64,000 nucleotides of DNA. It comes from Cyanidioschyzon merolae. Taxonomy: Eukaryota. Positions 21,117-32,221 of the stretch are shown here, in pieces. The DNA is taken from the NCBI GenBank assembly GCA_000091205.1, contig AP006487.2. One strand, 5' to 3'. Both the position numbers and the translations under genes were made by a program. The notes under the pieces are model-generated. The model did not search any database and was not told the DNA's origin. It saw nothing but the letters and a program-made list of their open reading frames with translations. How positions within the stretch are numbered: position 1 is the first letter of the stretch; every line of letters begins with the position of its first letter.

Positions 21117-22289
21117 TCAGCTTGTCGATCGAACGATTCGCCCTACGACAACAGTCACATCATCCGCTTTGCCGCCATAATACCAGAAGCCAGCACTACG
21201 AGCGTTCACTGCAAATGGCGACATTCGGTTTTCGTCTGCTGCGAGCGTCACCGCCATCTGTGCCAAGCGCGTTGCCAGGTCTTGCAGCACAGGCGCGCCG
21301 TCCACAATCATCGCTGGTGCGGGTGCACAAGTGTTTGGCTCAGTGGCGATGTGCATTTCCCGACGTGCGTGGCCATCCGGCTCGCTTTTCAGCGTGGATT
21401 TGATCACAGCATTCGCTCGGGATCGCTCCGCCGGCGGCACGTCTGTTGCCGCCGCTTTCTTCTCAGTACGCTCCCGGTACCAGTCCTGAATGCAATCAAC
21501 AATTTCTTTATCGTACACATTGTCGAAAAGGCCGTCTGTGCCCAGAACGAACCAGTCGCCCGCCTGCACTTCGAAACGGTCCACGAACGCATCGTACGCG
21601 GTATCTTTGCTCTGAGATCCGAGCTGATACGGGCAGTTGAAGTAGTGCTGTTGTTCTTTCGAACGAAAGATAACATCGCCCTTGCGCATGACCAGGAGCC
21701 CAGAATCCCCCAAGTTCACACACGTGAGCGTACCACGTCGCGACACGACCTCCGCGCTCTCCAACGGAGTACTGAGCGCCACGAGGCACGCAGTGCAACT
21801 ACCGACCACATCATTGGACGCGGCCGCTTGATCCAGGACACTAACCAGGCTACCAGAAGCGTCCATACTTTCTGTGCCTGCACGCACGAGCTCGGCAAGC
21901 CGCCTTGAATAGAGGCCCGGATCGACGCCTAGCGCCGACCAGCCACCGACACCGTCGAAAACACCGGCTGCTCGTTTTGTGAGGAAGAACGCGTCCTCGC
22001 CACCACGTTGGCGCTTGTTCGGATGCGGGATCATTGCGACACCCGCTTGGAAGTGAAGTCGTCGGCTGCAAACTATCCACCAGGCAGCGTGGCTAGGCAC
22101 CCGCGGGGCATACCAGGCGGCTCGACGGCGCTCGGCAACGTTCCGTAGACCAGCTTCCGTTCGATTGGAAGCGAGCGAGCTCCACGGTCGAAAACTGCAC
22201 GAAGCAGCACTCGCTCCCTGAGCGAACACCCAGCCGGTCAAGCGATAGTTAGCTGCCGCCTCTGCTGCCCAGAAAAACGCCCTCGTCAT
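21117..22289 (-). CDS. Protein phosphatase 2C, PPTC7-like, with possible N-terminal presequence
   Basis: PP2C motifs present: DAFFLTKRAAGVFDGVGGW, GSCTACLVAL, NLGDSGLLVMR, LGTDGLFDNVYDKEIVDCI. In-frame ATGs verified at 22287-22289 and 22032-22034; the catalytic core starts just after 22034. The 531-aa ORF-track extension above 22289 translates a microsatellite and is not coding. Confidence 0.7.
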   Translation of the reverse strand: MTRAFFWAAEAAANYRLTGWVFAQGASAASCSFRPWSSLASNRTEAGLRNVAERRRAAWYAPRVPSHAAWWIVCSRRLHFQAGVAMIPHPNKRQRGGEDAFFLTKRAAGVFDGVGGWSALGVDPGLYSRRLAELVRAGTESMDASGSLVSVLDQAAASNDVVGSCTACLVALSTPLESAEVVSRRGTLTCVNLGDSGLLVMRKGDVIFRSKEQQHYFNCPYQLGSQSKDTAYDAFVDRFEVQAGDWFVLGTDGLFDNVYDKEIVDCIQDWYRERTEKKAAATDVPPAERSRANAVIKSTLKSEPDGHARREMHIATEPNTCAPAPAMIVDGAPVLQDLATRLAQMAVTLAADENRMSPFAVNARSAGFWYYGGKADDVTVVVGRIVRSTS

Positions 22290-22304
22290 CGCAACCGTTG
22301 CAAG

Positions 22305-22350
22305 ACGAACGAACGAACGAACGAACGAACGAACGAACGAACGAACGAAC
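22305..22350. repeat. (ACGA)n tetranucleotide microsatellite, ~11.5 units
   Basis: acgaacgaacga... runs from 22305 to 22350, 16 bp upstream of the PP2C ATG at 22289. It translates as the FVRSFVRS artefact in the long ORF. Confidence 0.95.
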
Positions 22351-22496
22351 AGGTAGTGCAAAGAACACACCGTACCGGTAAGTCGCGCGTGCCGTGGAGG
22401 CGAACGCTGTCGTTCATTCGGCAGCGCTCGAGGCTGGCACCGACTTGCCCGACTAGATGCACTACTTTTTGCTCTTTGACCACAGTGAGATTGATT

Positions 22497-23050
22497 AGTC
22501 AGGTGTGTGTCATCAAATGCCTTATTCGGTTTATAGCAGATGGGCTGCAAAGTGCGTTCATTTAGAGAAATAGAGAATATAAGATATAGGTATGGAGATT
22601 GAAGTCGAGGATCCTGGATTGCCTCTGTCCACGGGTGTCGGAAAAGAACGGGAATTTTCTCATCTTTTCGACGATCGAGCGAAGAAGACCAAGAAGAGGG
22701 GAGATGGACCACAAAAATGTGTTTGCCCGACGGGGCGATGACGAGAATCTAATCGCACAGAGGGCACGAGTTCTGGCAATCCCTGCATTGATGCGTTGCA
22801 CCAGATGAACTGCATAGAACGGCTCGTGAACGGAGACTTCGACGTCACAAGCAATATCAGGAGATGTGCGGTGCTGAAAACGAGACTCGCGGAGCTGACG
22901 CGAACTAAATTCGAGTGGCAGCCTCTAATACCCCCAGTGTGCCTGGATAAAAACCGCAACCGATGGCAGTCGGCGGATAGAAAAAGACTGGGCGGTGTCT
23001 GCGCGTGGGCAGCTATATGTACTCTCGATGGTGGTAAAACATTGCACGTT
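22497..23050 (+). mobile_element. Internally deleted copy (c) of repeat family F (TnpB-like C-terminal remnant)
   Basis: The 5' block gtcaggtgtgtgtcatcaaatgcc is homologous to copy (a) 9895-10010. It then joins at ggatcctg to the region homologous to 16650-16990. The ORF 22796-23056 carries VNGDFDVTSNIRRCAVLKTRLAELTR. Confidence 0.4.
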
Positions 23051-24596
23051 TTATAAATCATATGCCGAAGAGCAAGTTCGATTTGCAGCGTATGGAACCT
23101 AGTAGCGTTTCTTAAGCAAGTCTGGTCGTTTTCTACGTAATCAGAAGCATTTGCTCCGCCATCGCTACCTGAATGGAATCATTGATCCTGCATCATCAAC
23201 ACTGATTCCGTTGCACAGGACGTACGTAGAGCGCAATGATCACCGTGTGACGCCATGGCTCGCCAAAGCTCCAGGATCCGAGCACTGTGCAGGGACCAGC
23301 GAAGCTGCCGACTTTGTGGTTCCTCAAATGATAACACCTCGATTCGCGTCGAACGGTCTTCTGATCCACCAAAAAAATTTGGTGGGTCGTGATTTTGCGT
23401 TCTCCAAGCACGCCTCCATACACTGCTGCATCAGAGAACCCACTCGAAATGATGCCGTGTCCGTTATTGAATGACGCTTCCGAGCACTGGGCCTGCATGA
23501 AGCCGGTAGTCGATCCCTGAACGCTTCATGCGCGGACACGTACTATGCATAAGACTCGGAAACTCCGGGCTGCACAGGTCCATTGTCTGATGCTTCCAGC
23601 ATCAAAGTCGATCCCCGCTGACTGCCTAGATGACAAGCGAGATCCGCGTACAAGCCCGAGATCCCGTGCATCCAGCATCAAACGCGATTTCGCTCTACTG
23701 CCCAGAAGCGCAAGCATGAAAGCGTCTTGCTCCCGTATTCGACTGTTCCCGACAATGGTCTCGGGCATATGTTTGCTCCCGAATGAATACACCTTCGTGG
23801 AGCGCGCAGCATAGTGCTTTCTTTCCATCGCGCAAGATCAGAAAAGTCTAACCAGTTCTACCACGGATGCGTGTCGCGCGCTGGGCGTCGTACACGACCA
23901 CGATGCCGTGCATCCACCGATTCTCATGATGCAGACACGGTGTATCGAAGGAGTCGATTCTGAGTAGCCGAACGGTGTCGATACCAGCGCCTGGACCTCA
24001 CCATTTCCGCGCACGCTTCTTCCTTCTTCTATGCCAGCAGCAGCGTTCCTACATAAAAAACCCGCGCCATGAGACCTCTATCCGTCTACTGGGATAGCAT
24101 AGGCCGGCCGCACTTGCTTGGCCGGGCACATGCGCTCGATTCGAAATCCTGTCAAAGCACAGTGCCATCCACGTAACCTGCAAAAGAGCGGAGCTTCTCA
24201 GTAAAGCCTGTGTTTGCCGCCTGCCCGAACGAGGTATCAGAAACGTGCTCACCGACGCGCTGCGCACCGGCGCCTTCCAGCGCTGGAAGCAGTGCGCCTC
24301 GAGTGCACGGGTGCGGCGCCTGCCTGCCTGCCTGCCGGCTCCTCTCTATTCCGCTAGCGAACCAAGCACCCTGCTCTTTCCCCAGACACCTTGTCCACTG
24401 TGGAGGCCGCTCAGCTACAACTCCGACGTGCAGCGTCTGTCCACGATCAACACGAGTACGCACCTTGTGAAGGGTACAGTCGCGAGATACGTATGCTGGG
24501 CGCCAGCGCTGGCAGGTAGGCGGCGCCCCGCGCATTCTCTGCACACCCGAGGCGCGTTTTCGCGACTTTCCGTTACGTGAAGTTGGTGTCGGGTTC

Positions 24597-25661
24597 ATGG
24601 CGTTTCTTTCAAGTTGTCCGGGTGGATCGTGCCTGACACGAGATCATCATAAGCATCGGTTGGCGATCCGTTCTCGTCTGCAACGGTCTCTGTGTTGCAC
24701 GACGGCTCGCACCGAGCAGCAGGTCCAGGCCCAAGAGGTGGAGCGCCCCAAGCACTTTTTCGGACGCGTTATTACCGCTCTGGTGACGCCATTCAAATTG
24801 ACTGGCGTTGAGGTGGACTATGGTGTTGCTGAATCTTTAGCTGCTCACCTTGCTGAGAACGGTTCGGATGCGATAATTGTTGCAGGCACCACGGGAGAGT
24901 CGGCAACGCTGACCTGGTCGGAAGAGTACGAACTCTTTCGGGTGGTCAAGTCGGCCGTTGCAGGGACAAAGTGTCGGGTGATAGCGGGTGCTGGCTCGAA
25001 CTCGACGGAAGAGGCGATTGAGGCGACCAAAAAGTCGGCAAAGTTGGGTCTCGATGGAACCCTACAAGTTGTCCCGTACTACAACAAACCCCCACAACAG
25101 GGTATTATGGCACATTTTCGGGCGATAGCCAACGCAGCACCTGATCTGCCTATGATGCTCTATAACATCCCCGGACGCACGGGCATCAATATGACAGCGG
25201 AAACGTCGATCAAGCTGGCGGAGATGTGTCCGAATATCGTGGCGCTGAAGGAAGCATCAGGCAACCTGGAGCAGTTTGCTCGAATTCGGCGAGCAACGTC
25301 ACCCGACTTCGCCCTGTACTCTGGAGACGATGCGCTGACGCTTCCGCTTCTATCGCTCGGAGGCAATGGTGTGGTGAGCGTTGCCTCTCATTTCATCGGT
25401 CCCGAGATCCAGCGGATGATTGAGCACTTCGTGGACCTGGGGAATCCAGAAGAGGCGTTTCGAATTCACTGCCGATATATGGACCTGTTCGAGGCACTCT
25501 TCGTGATGGCGAATCCAATACCGGCAAAAGCAGCGCTGCGTTTGCTTGGCTGGCCGGTGGGCCCCACGAGACTTCCGCTCACGGATATCACAGCATCCGC
25601 AGAGCAGCAGTTGCGGCAGGCCATGATTGCGGCAGGCCTGCTTTCCAATGGAAGCGGATAG
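24597..25661 (+). CDS. dapA: 4-hydroxy-tetrahydrodipicolinate synthase (DapA) with ~55-aa N-terminal extension
   Basis: GTTGESATLTWSEEYELFRVV, GAGSNSTEEAIEATKKSAKLGLDGTLQVVPYYNKP, MMLYNIPGRTG and VALKEASGNL are DHDPS/NAL family signatures, including the Schiff-base Lys context. ATG verified at 24597. Confidence 0.8.
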   Translation: MAFLSSCPGGSCLTRDHHKHRLAIRSRLQRSLCCTTARTEQQVQAQEVERPKHFFGRVITALVTPFKLTGVEVDYGVAESLAAHLAENGSDAIIVAGTTGESATLTWSEEYELFRVVKSAVAGTKCRVIAGAGSNSTEEAIEATKKSAKLGLDGTLQVVPYYNKPPQQGIMAHFRAIANAAPDLPMMLYNIPGRTGINMTAETSIKLAEMCPNIVALKEASGNLEQFARIRRATSPDFALYSGDDALTLPLLSLGGNGVVSVASHFIGPEIQRMIEHFVDLGNPEEAFRIHCRYMDLFEALFVMANPIPAKAALRLLGWPVGPTRLPLTDITASAEQQLRQAMIAAGLLSNGSG

Positions 25662-28557
25662 TGCTTCCTGGCAAGGCTAGCGCAGGTCTCGTGCCTGTGG
25701 CTGCGTTATCCACATGGGGGCCAGTGCCTTTCGCCCGCGTCTCGCTCTATGTGCGGCGACTTTGGGATCGCGCTCGCCTTTCACGCCAGTGTGTGTGTAT
25801 CTATGTGTGGGTTGCCCTGTCTTTCATGCAGGGCTTGCGTACCATGCGGGCGTTTGTTGCCCTGCCCTTCGTAGTTCGCATCAAGTTGGAAAGACGCGAG
25901 TTTCAAAAAGCTCCGGACTGGATCAAAGCACATGGCCAGGAGTTCCCGAACGAGCACGTAAAGTTTGAAGCTGCGCGTTGTTGTCTCTCGGAGGTCGAGA
26001 CGGACAGAAACGGATTTGTTTGGAAAGCCGACCAGGGCGCATTGGTCACGCAGGGCGCCTCGAGCGGAGTCCTGTTGCACACGAGAACGCTGTCGAAGCC
26101 GAAAGGAGCATTTTCGAGCCAGAGCGCCATCGGGGCTGTTGCGCGTAAAACGGATCTTGCGACTTTATGCAGCCGCTGCTTGCATTAAAAATAAGCCTAC
26201 TATGATCGTCTGCATGTCCTCGGTCGTGCGAAGATGCACGGCAGCTAGCTGGGTCTCAGCGGCGACAGTTTACGCTGGCCTGGTGGCATCGGCCTGTAAC
26301 CGCAGGGCACCCGAAGGGATGGGCATTTCGGCCGCGCTCCGGGGACATGGTGATAAGTCCCCGCATTCATGCGTGCCGAGCTTCCCTGAACGTCGGTAAT
26401 GATCGCGCACGTGAGCATTCCGGAGGACAGACTCAACAATCCAGCACCGTGAAAAATGGACGCGTATCGCCGGGACTCGAGCCCCGTGGACACCACGGCC
26501 AGCTGCGGTTGCCGTGGCAGAGCGCGAGCGGTGAGCGCCGGCTCCTTTTTGACGAATGCTTGACCCTGAGCCTGTCGATTTGCGTTCGAGAACCGCGAAC
26601 ACTCGCCGATGCTCTGGTTACGGATGCATCATCACAGCGCCACACGGCGCTGAACCGAAGGCACTGCAACACTGGGGGAGTGCATTGGCGTGCGGACGAT
26701 TCGCTGGGGGTTTCGCAAGACGTTCGGATTTGCTCGTCATGAAGCAGGTTGGGATCTGGGTCTCTCATATGCAATCGCCACTGGGCATCGAATGGATTTG
26801 TTGACCTCGAATGGGGTTCGGATCCCGCTGGCTGGGTAGCTCGGCTACGCGCGCACTGGGCGCGCTTGTGCTGCTCCGGAGCACGGACTACCGAAGCAAC
26901 ACAGCTGGACGCAGGGCTTGGATCCCGTCAGGCCAGAGAGGGCCGGCTTACTCAAGCGCGTTTTGAACACGTTGCAGGCGGTGAGCTCGAGGCACAATGT
27001 CTTCACATGCTGATCCTGAAGAAACTAAATTCACGCGCGGGGATTTTGTGTGCTGCAGACGAGGCTGGACACCGCAGCGACGACCTCCACCAATGGGAGA
27101 TTAAAATGGAGCACTGGGCTGCTCGCTATGTACGTGGATAGGTTCTTCTCGACTTGTCTTTTCAGATGTAGAGCTGTGACTTTTCGAGAGCAGCAACAAG
27201 GGCTTGAGCACTCGTGTGTCGGTTTAGGATTCTCGGCCATAGTTTCAGAGTGGTTTTTTCGACGCTCTTCCACTAGGACTCGTTACATCACCGAAATCAA
27301 GACCATTCCCGATGTTCCGGAACTAGGGTTCGTAAACGAACCAATATTCGTCTCCAATGTGTACGTAAAGGTTTCCAATCTTCTCAATATCTTACTTTTG
27401 TAGCGTGCTCAAGCCACGTATGCTTGTAGTTTTGTCTCTTTCTTTCTCAAGGCAACTCATTGATATCGCAATGCTCGCCATTGCTTCGACGAGGGAAAAT
27501 GCTGGACGTCGTCCCTCGGAGACTTGTTCACGAGTTCATACCGACAATACGCGCAACATGCCACTTCGAATCATGCATTGCTTTCAAGCGGTACACTCAA
27601 TGCTCTCTGCGGCGGTCAACGAAACAGGATTCGCTATCTGCCTCGTACGTCTCACAGGACATACTTCCGGAGGCTGCAGTCTGTCTCTATTTTGCCTGGA
27701 ACGTTGTCTAGATTTCGGAATTGAGTCATCCGGGTGTCCGTGTCGAGTGCTACGTACGTCACTGTTTTGCACGAAGGAAGCGTCAAGGGATCGAATACCT
27801 TCGACTTGTTATCCAATCTGGATTTACCCCCCGATGTTTGTTTCATCACGAACAACATCGTGTTCCACCAATACGTTATCGAACGGAACAGGGCGCGGTT
27901 GGACTTGCAGCCATCAGCGCCGTCGCCGAGTACATCGCTCAGATCAAGCACGTGATCGCAGAGCACGGCGCCGGGTGCGGAAACTGCAATGGATATCAAG
28001 GGGAATCTTCTCTTCTCCGAAATGGCAAGTAGCCTGCGATGAAGCACGGGATCGCGCGCTGTAGGACGGCGCTCGGAGGACGAGGAGATATGGTCGATGC
28101 ATAGGCACACTTGGCAGCGGTCAAATGTCACCGCTGTGAAGCGCGGACCCCAGCTGTACACAAAAACAGATGAAAACAGCAAGCGAAGCGCGGATCGCGA
28201 TTTTCACCTGTGCATGGTTTGCGTGACCAGCAGCCGGACGCAACGGAATCGGAACTCGAATGCCGCCATCAACAACCCGCGAATGCTGAGAACGGAACCG
28301 AAGACTCACGAGAGACCAGCATATGTAGATCAGCAGATAATCGAGAAGGAAAGAAAGTAGTCTCAGAAAATGCACTCAGAATCTGGTATTGGTGATACGA
28401 GCACGTGATCAAAACGCTTGCGTTCTCGCCCGCGTCAGCAAAGTGATCGCGCGCATCGTTCCCCCACGCTGACACGCGTGTCCAGCGAGCTGCCTGCCAG
28501 GCACGCAGACGCGCACGCATGGCGGCGGATCGCGAAGGCGCCACCGCCGCGCTTCGG

Positions 28558-28620
28558 CGGCGATGCGCAGGAGCGCGCGGCGATGCGCAGGAGCGCGCGG
28601 CGATGCGCAGGAGCGCAGCG
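28558..28620. repeat. 20-bp tandem repeat x3 (cgatgcgcaggagcgcgcgg)
   Basis: Three exact consecutive units are seen at 28561-28620. Confidence 0.85.
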
Positions 28621-28723
28621 CCAATTCAACGCAAACAATTTCCGTTGTATACGATCATCTTCGGATTTTGGTTGAATTCGTTTGTTTCGTGCCTTTGAGG
28701 GCACCAGAGCAAGTGTTTGTGCA

Positions 28724-29461
28724 ATGAATTCGAGTTTTATAGTTTCCCCTGTGTACAAGAGTTGTAATTTGCGGTGTCGGGCTCTTTTGCTACGAAATCA
28801 CTGCGCTTTTGGGTCGAACGTGAGCGGGAGCGTGAACCGCCAGTGCACCCAGTTCTGGCGTGCACCGCAGCGACGTGTCTTGCGATGCGGCCTGACAGCT
28901 ACGGATTCTGGTCGGTCAACGCTTCCATCGCCCAAAGTTCGAGAAGAATCTAGCCGGAGGTTCTCAGATCAGGAGATCGCGTCTGAAACCCCGCTGGTCA
29001 CCTTGCTCTACGACGGTGAATGCCCGATCTGCATGAAGGAAGTACGCTTCCTACAGTCGCGGGACGCGGGCCGTGGCCGTATTGCATTCGTTGACATTAC
29101 GTCGCCAGACTACGACCCCGCGAAATATGCCGGTATCACGTTTGAGCAGGCAATGGGCCGCATTCACGGTATTCTCCCCGACGGCACGGTTGTGAAGAAG
29201 GTGGACGTCTTCCGAGCGTGCTACGAAGCAGTTGGCCTCGGCTGGCTTTGGGCAGTGACTAGCGTTCCCCTGGTGAAGAAGTTGGCGAATGCCGTGTATG
29301 ACTTTTGGGCGGATCGGCGTCTGCAGTGGACCGGGCGCGGCACGCTCGAAAGCGTACTTGCAGCACGCCGCGGTGCAGCACCGGCCGCCGATGGGGACGA
29401 CTGTTCCGAACGCTGCGTGATCGACTGGGGTGAAGATGAAGAGCCGGAGGAAAAGAAATAG
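28724..29461 (+). CDS. DCC-family thiol-disulfide oxidoreductase (DUF393) with long N-terminal extension
   Basis: LLYDGECPICMKEVRFLQSRDAGRGRIAFVDITSPDYDP is the DCC/DUF393 signature. The ORF-track start at 28682 is TTG; the first ATG (MNSSFIV) was verified at 28724. Confidence 0.6.
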   Translation: MNSSFIVSPVYKSCNLRCRALLLRNHCAFGSNVSGSVNRQCTQFWRAPQRRVLRCGLTATDSGRSTLPSPKVREESSRRFSDQEIASETPLVTLLYDGECPICMKEVRFLQSRDAGRGRIAFVDITSPDYDPAKYAGITFEQAMGRIHGILPDGTVVKKVDVFRACYEAVGLGWLWAVTSVPLVKKLANAVYDFWADRRLQWTGRGTLESVLAARRGAAPAADGDDCSERCVIDWGEDEEPEEKK

Positions 29462-30192
29462 TTTTCTTTTCAAAGGATCTGCGAACCATTGAGGTCATGC
29501 ATGACGTGAAGCTGCGTTCGTTGCGCGCTGCGAGCACACCGAGCGACGGCGTTGGCGTCGCTTAACGCATTTGCGGACTCGCGATGCGCGGTTGGTGCCC
29601 ACATCGAGTGCGTGCCCCAGCGGCGATTTGACCGCACATGTGCCAAGGCTGGTCGAGTAGGGAAGAAGGTTGAAATATTTGGAACAAATAGATTATTATG
29701 GACAAATGTGCATGCATATGCCCAGATTGACGCTGGTTCCTGTTCCCCCATGCTATGTAAAGTTGTCAACACTCGTACGTTTCTCTTTCCAACAAGGTGC
29801 CGCTGTTTCGCAGCGCTTTGTGAGCGTGAGCTCCAATGCACGCGGGGGCTTTTTTGTCGGCACAACCAAGTGGTACGCTGGGTTACACGGCTAACCTTTG
29901 CCAGAGTTCTTTCGGCAAGCACTTGGATGCTCACTCTACGGCGCTCGGAAGCGCTGTACCCGCTTTCCGACGTTCACGTCACCGGCGGGGCGCAGGCGCC
30001 TTGCTCCTGCGACGCCGGTCGCTCCTCGCCGAGTGCGAGCAGCGTGGCAGACTGCTCAGGTCCGCAGCTACGAAAGGACAGAGGGACGTCGAAAGGCACA
30101 CCGCTACAAAGACGCTGGTGCTCACTCGACCGGTCTTTTACTCGAGGTGTCCTCAGCACCACAAGGCGTTCGAGAGACCAATAGCACGCTGG

Positions 30193-31569
30193 ATGCAGGC
30201 AGCTTCGCTGTCGAGAACAGGCGGAACAGCGCGTGCCTCGGTGCCAAGCTTCCCGACGGCGCTGCGCCACATTGCGAACACTCTCCAGGAACCGCTTCAG
30301 TACACAGACTTTGTTGCAGTGGAGCGCGCGCGTCGGCATGTCGAGGCGCTGCTGCGGGGCGGGCCCCAGAACCTACCGGCTTTTGAGTTTCTGGCACCTG
30401 TCTCCGAGGAAGCGCCGCAAAATGCTCGCGGGCCGCGGAACCGCGCAGCGCCGTCGCGCTATCCCTCGCGAAGCCCGGGCGGTGTTGCACCACCCCATCG
30501 CTACTATGAGTTACGCTTGCGGCCACCGGGTGAAGAGATCGTTCTGCGGTCTAGCGATTATAAGGAGCGATGCTGTGGGCGCATGGGCGAGGAATGCCTC
30601 GCTAGCCAAGACTCGAATGGTGTCCAGTCATCGAGCGGCTCTTGCGAGCGCGAAGGGACTGCGTTTATTCGAGTTCCAGGGGTTGTAGATTGGACGGCGA
30701 AAGGCGCTCTCGAGAAATGGTTTGCACGAGCATCTCGTTGGCAACTGTTTGACGACGGCACCTTTGCTACCACCCAACGGCCGGTGATTGAGCTTTCCCA
30801 TCGCGAGGAGTCGGCAGCAGCCGCACCGTTCGCTGAGCCAGTCGTTGGATTCCGGATACATGATCGCCAATGGAGCCGCTACCTCTGCAACCATCCACGC
30901 GTCATCGCGATCGGTGACGTACATGGCTGTATCACAGAGCTGCAGGACCTACTCCGCGTCTGCGACTATCGACCTGGCGACGAGTTGATTCTGCTCGGAG
31001 ACCTGGTAGCAAAGGGCCCCGATTCGCAAGCCGTCGTGCAAATGGCCCGTGAAATCGGTGCTCGGGCCGTGAGAGGCAACCACGACCACGAGGTCATTCG
31101 TTGTCGGGAAGCAATGATGCGAGGCCACGATCCCAGCTACGCCTCCGTCGATCATCAGCGTATCGCGCGGCAACTGAGCCAACAGGAGCACGAATGGTTG
31201 CGGAGCTGCCCCTGGTACATCCGCTCAGAGGATCTGGAAACGGTCTTTGTTCACGCCGGATTCCAGCCGGATGTGCCTTTCGAGGAACAGCTGCCTCGCC
31301 ACATGATGAATCTGCGTTCTGTGCTCGAAAACGGTGCTCCAAGCGCTCGCCACTCGAATGGCATGGCTTGGGCGCGCCTCTGGAAAGGTCCGCTTCGTGT
31401 TGTATTTGGACATGACGCATACATGGGCCTCCAGCTCTGGGACAAGTGCATCGGCCTGGATACCGGATGCGTGTATGGTGGTAGACTCACAGCGCTGCTT
31501 TTGCCCGAAAATCGCCTGATATCTGTCCCTGCACGAAAGATGTACGTTGCTCCACGCAAACGAGGATGA
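30193..31569 (+). CDS. ApaH-like metallophosphoesterase (ALPH / Ser-Thr phosphatase-like); start uncertain
   Basis: Calcineurin-like motifs present: VIAIGDVHGC, LILLGDLVAKGPDS, VRGNHDHE, VFVHAGFQPD, VVFGHD, LDTGCVYGGRLTALLLPE. The ORF is open from 29836. In-frame ATGs were verified at 30193 and 30583. The 250-300 aa upstream of the catalytic domain are low-complexity. Confidence 0.55.
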   Translation: MQAASLSRTGGTARASVPSFPTALRHIANTLQEPLQYTDFVAVERARRHVEALLRGGPQNLPAFEFLAPVSEEAPQNARGPRNRAAPSRYPSRSPGGVAPPHRYYELRLRPPGEEIVLRSSDYKERCCGRMGEECLASQDSNGVQSSSGSCEREGTAFIRVPGVVDWTAKGALEKWFARASRWQLFDDGTFATTQRPVIELSHREESAAAAPFAEPVVGFRIHDRQWSRYLCNHPRVIAIGDVHGCITELQDLLRVCDYRPGDELILLGDLVAKGPDSQAVVQMAREIGARAVRGNHDHEVIRCREAMMRGHDPSYASVDHQRIARQLSQQEHEWLRSCPWYIRSEDLETVFVHAGFQPDVPFEEQLPRHMMNLRSVLENGAPSARHSNGMAWARLWKGPLRVVFGHDAYMGLQLWDKCIGLDTGCVYGGRLTALLLPENRLISVPARKMYVAPRKRG

Positions 31570-32221
31570 TCATTGCGCACCAGAACGGACAAGGGATCGA
31601 GCGAGACGCGCCTGTGCAGTGCGCTGCTGATCTTGGGTCTGCGAAAAGATGCCAATGCGACTTGGCGTTGGCGAGATATGTATCGAGCATTCGCCACACG
31701 AAGCTTGCGCATGTATCCCGGGTATTCGATCTGGAGATTGAATCCATGCAGAGAACTGATAAGTGCTCGCACATCGAGGCTGTGGATCGCACGAAAGCGC
31801 CCTTCCACGAAGGACATCACGAGCGCTTTCCGTTGTATATCGACGGACTCGGTCTAGATCCAGAGACGTTGCATTGACCCCATTCTGCTCATGAAATTCA
31901 TGGAGAGCAATGATGTTACGCGCGCGCCTCGACGTGGACGGCAACGATGCAAGCATTGCTCCAGCGGCGACAGCGCACTGGTCTCTCGCTCGTGTCCGTC
32001 GTGAAGGCGCATTGCAATGGATATGTGCGAGAGCAACATACGATCTTTACCCGGCAATCATTCGGGAAGCTGCTGCAACAGCAATGATCCCCGTGGAGAA
32101 CCCGAATACATACCATCACCTCTATTCTCGTATTCGCAAAACTCCTGGATACGCGTTGAAAAAGTGTGTGCGTTTGTACCGGAAATCAATGCATCCCGCA
32201 CATAAACTGCCGCACAAATGT

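Noticed and set aside
22290-22712. N-terminal 140 aa of the 531-aa PP2C ORF
   Set aside because: It contains FVRSFVRSFVRSFVR, which is simply the translated (ACGA)n microsatellite. Real coding most likely starts at ATG 22289 or 22034.
25661-26188. 175-aa ORF downstream of dapA
   Set aside because: It starts at GTG and has no recognisable domain. Several equally long overlapping ORFs exist on the opposite strand. It may be a real small gene, but sequence alone does not support it.
28558-28620. Short tandem repeats (20-mer x3; also the 130-bp x3 array) as possible CRISPR arrays
   Set aside because: This is a eukaryotic locus. The units are contiguous without unique spacers and there are no cas genes. 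They are simple tandem repeats.
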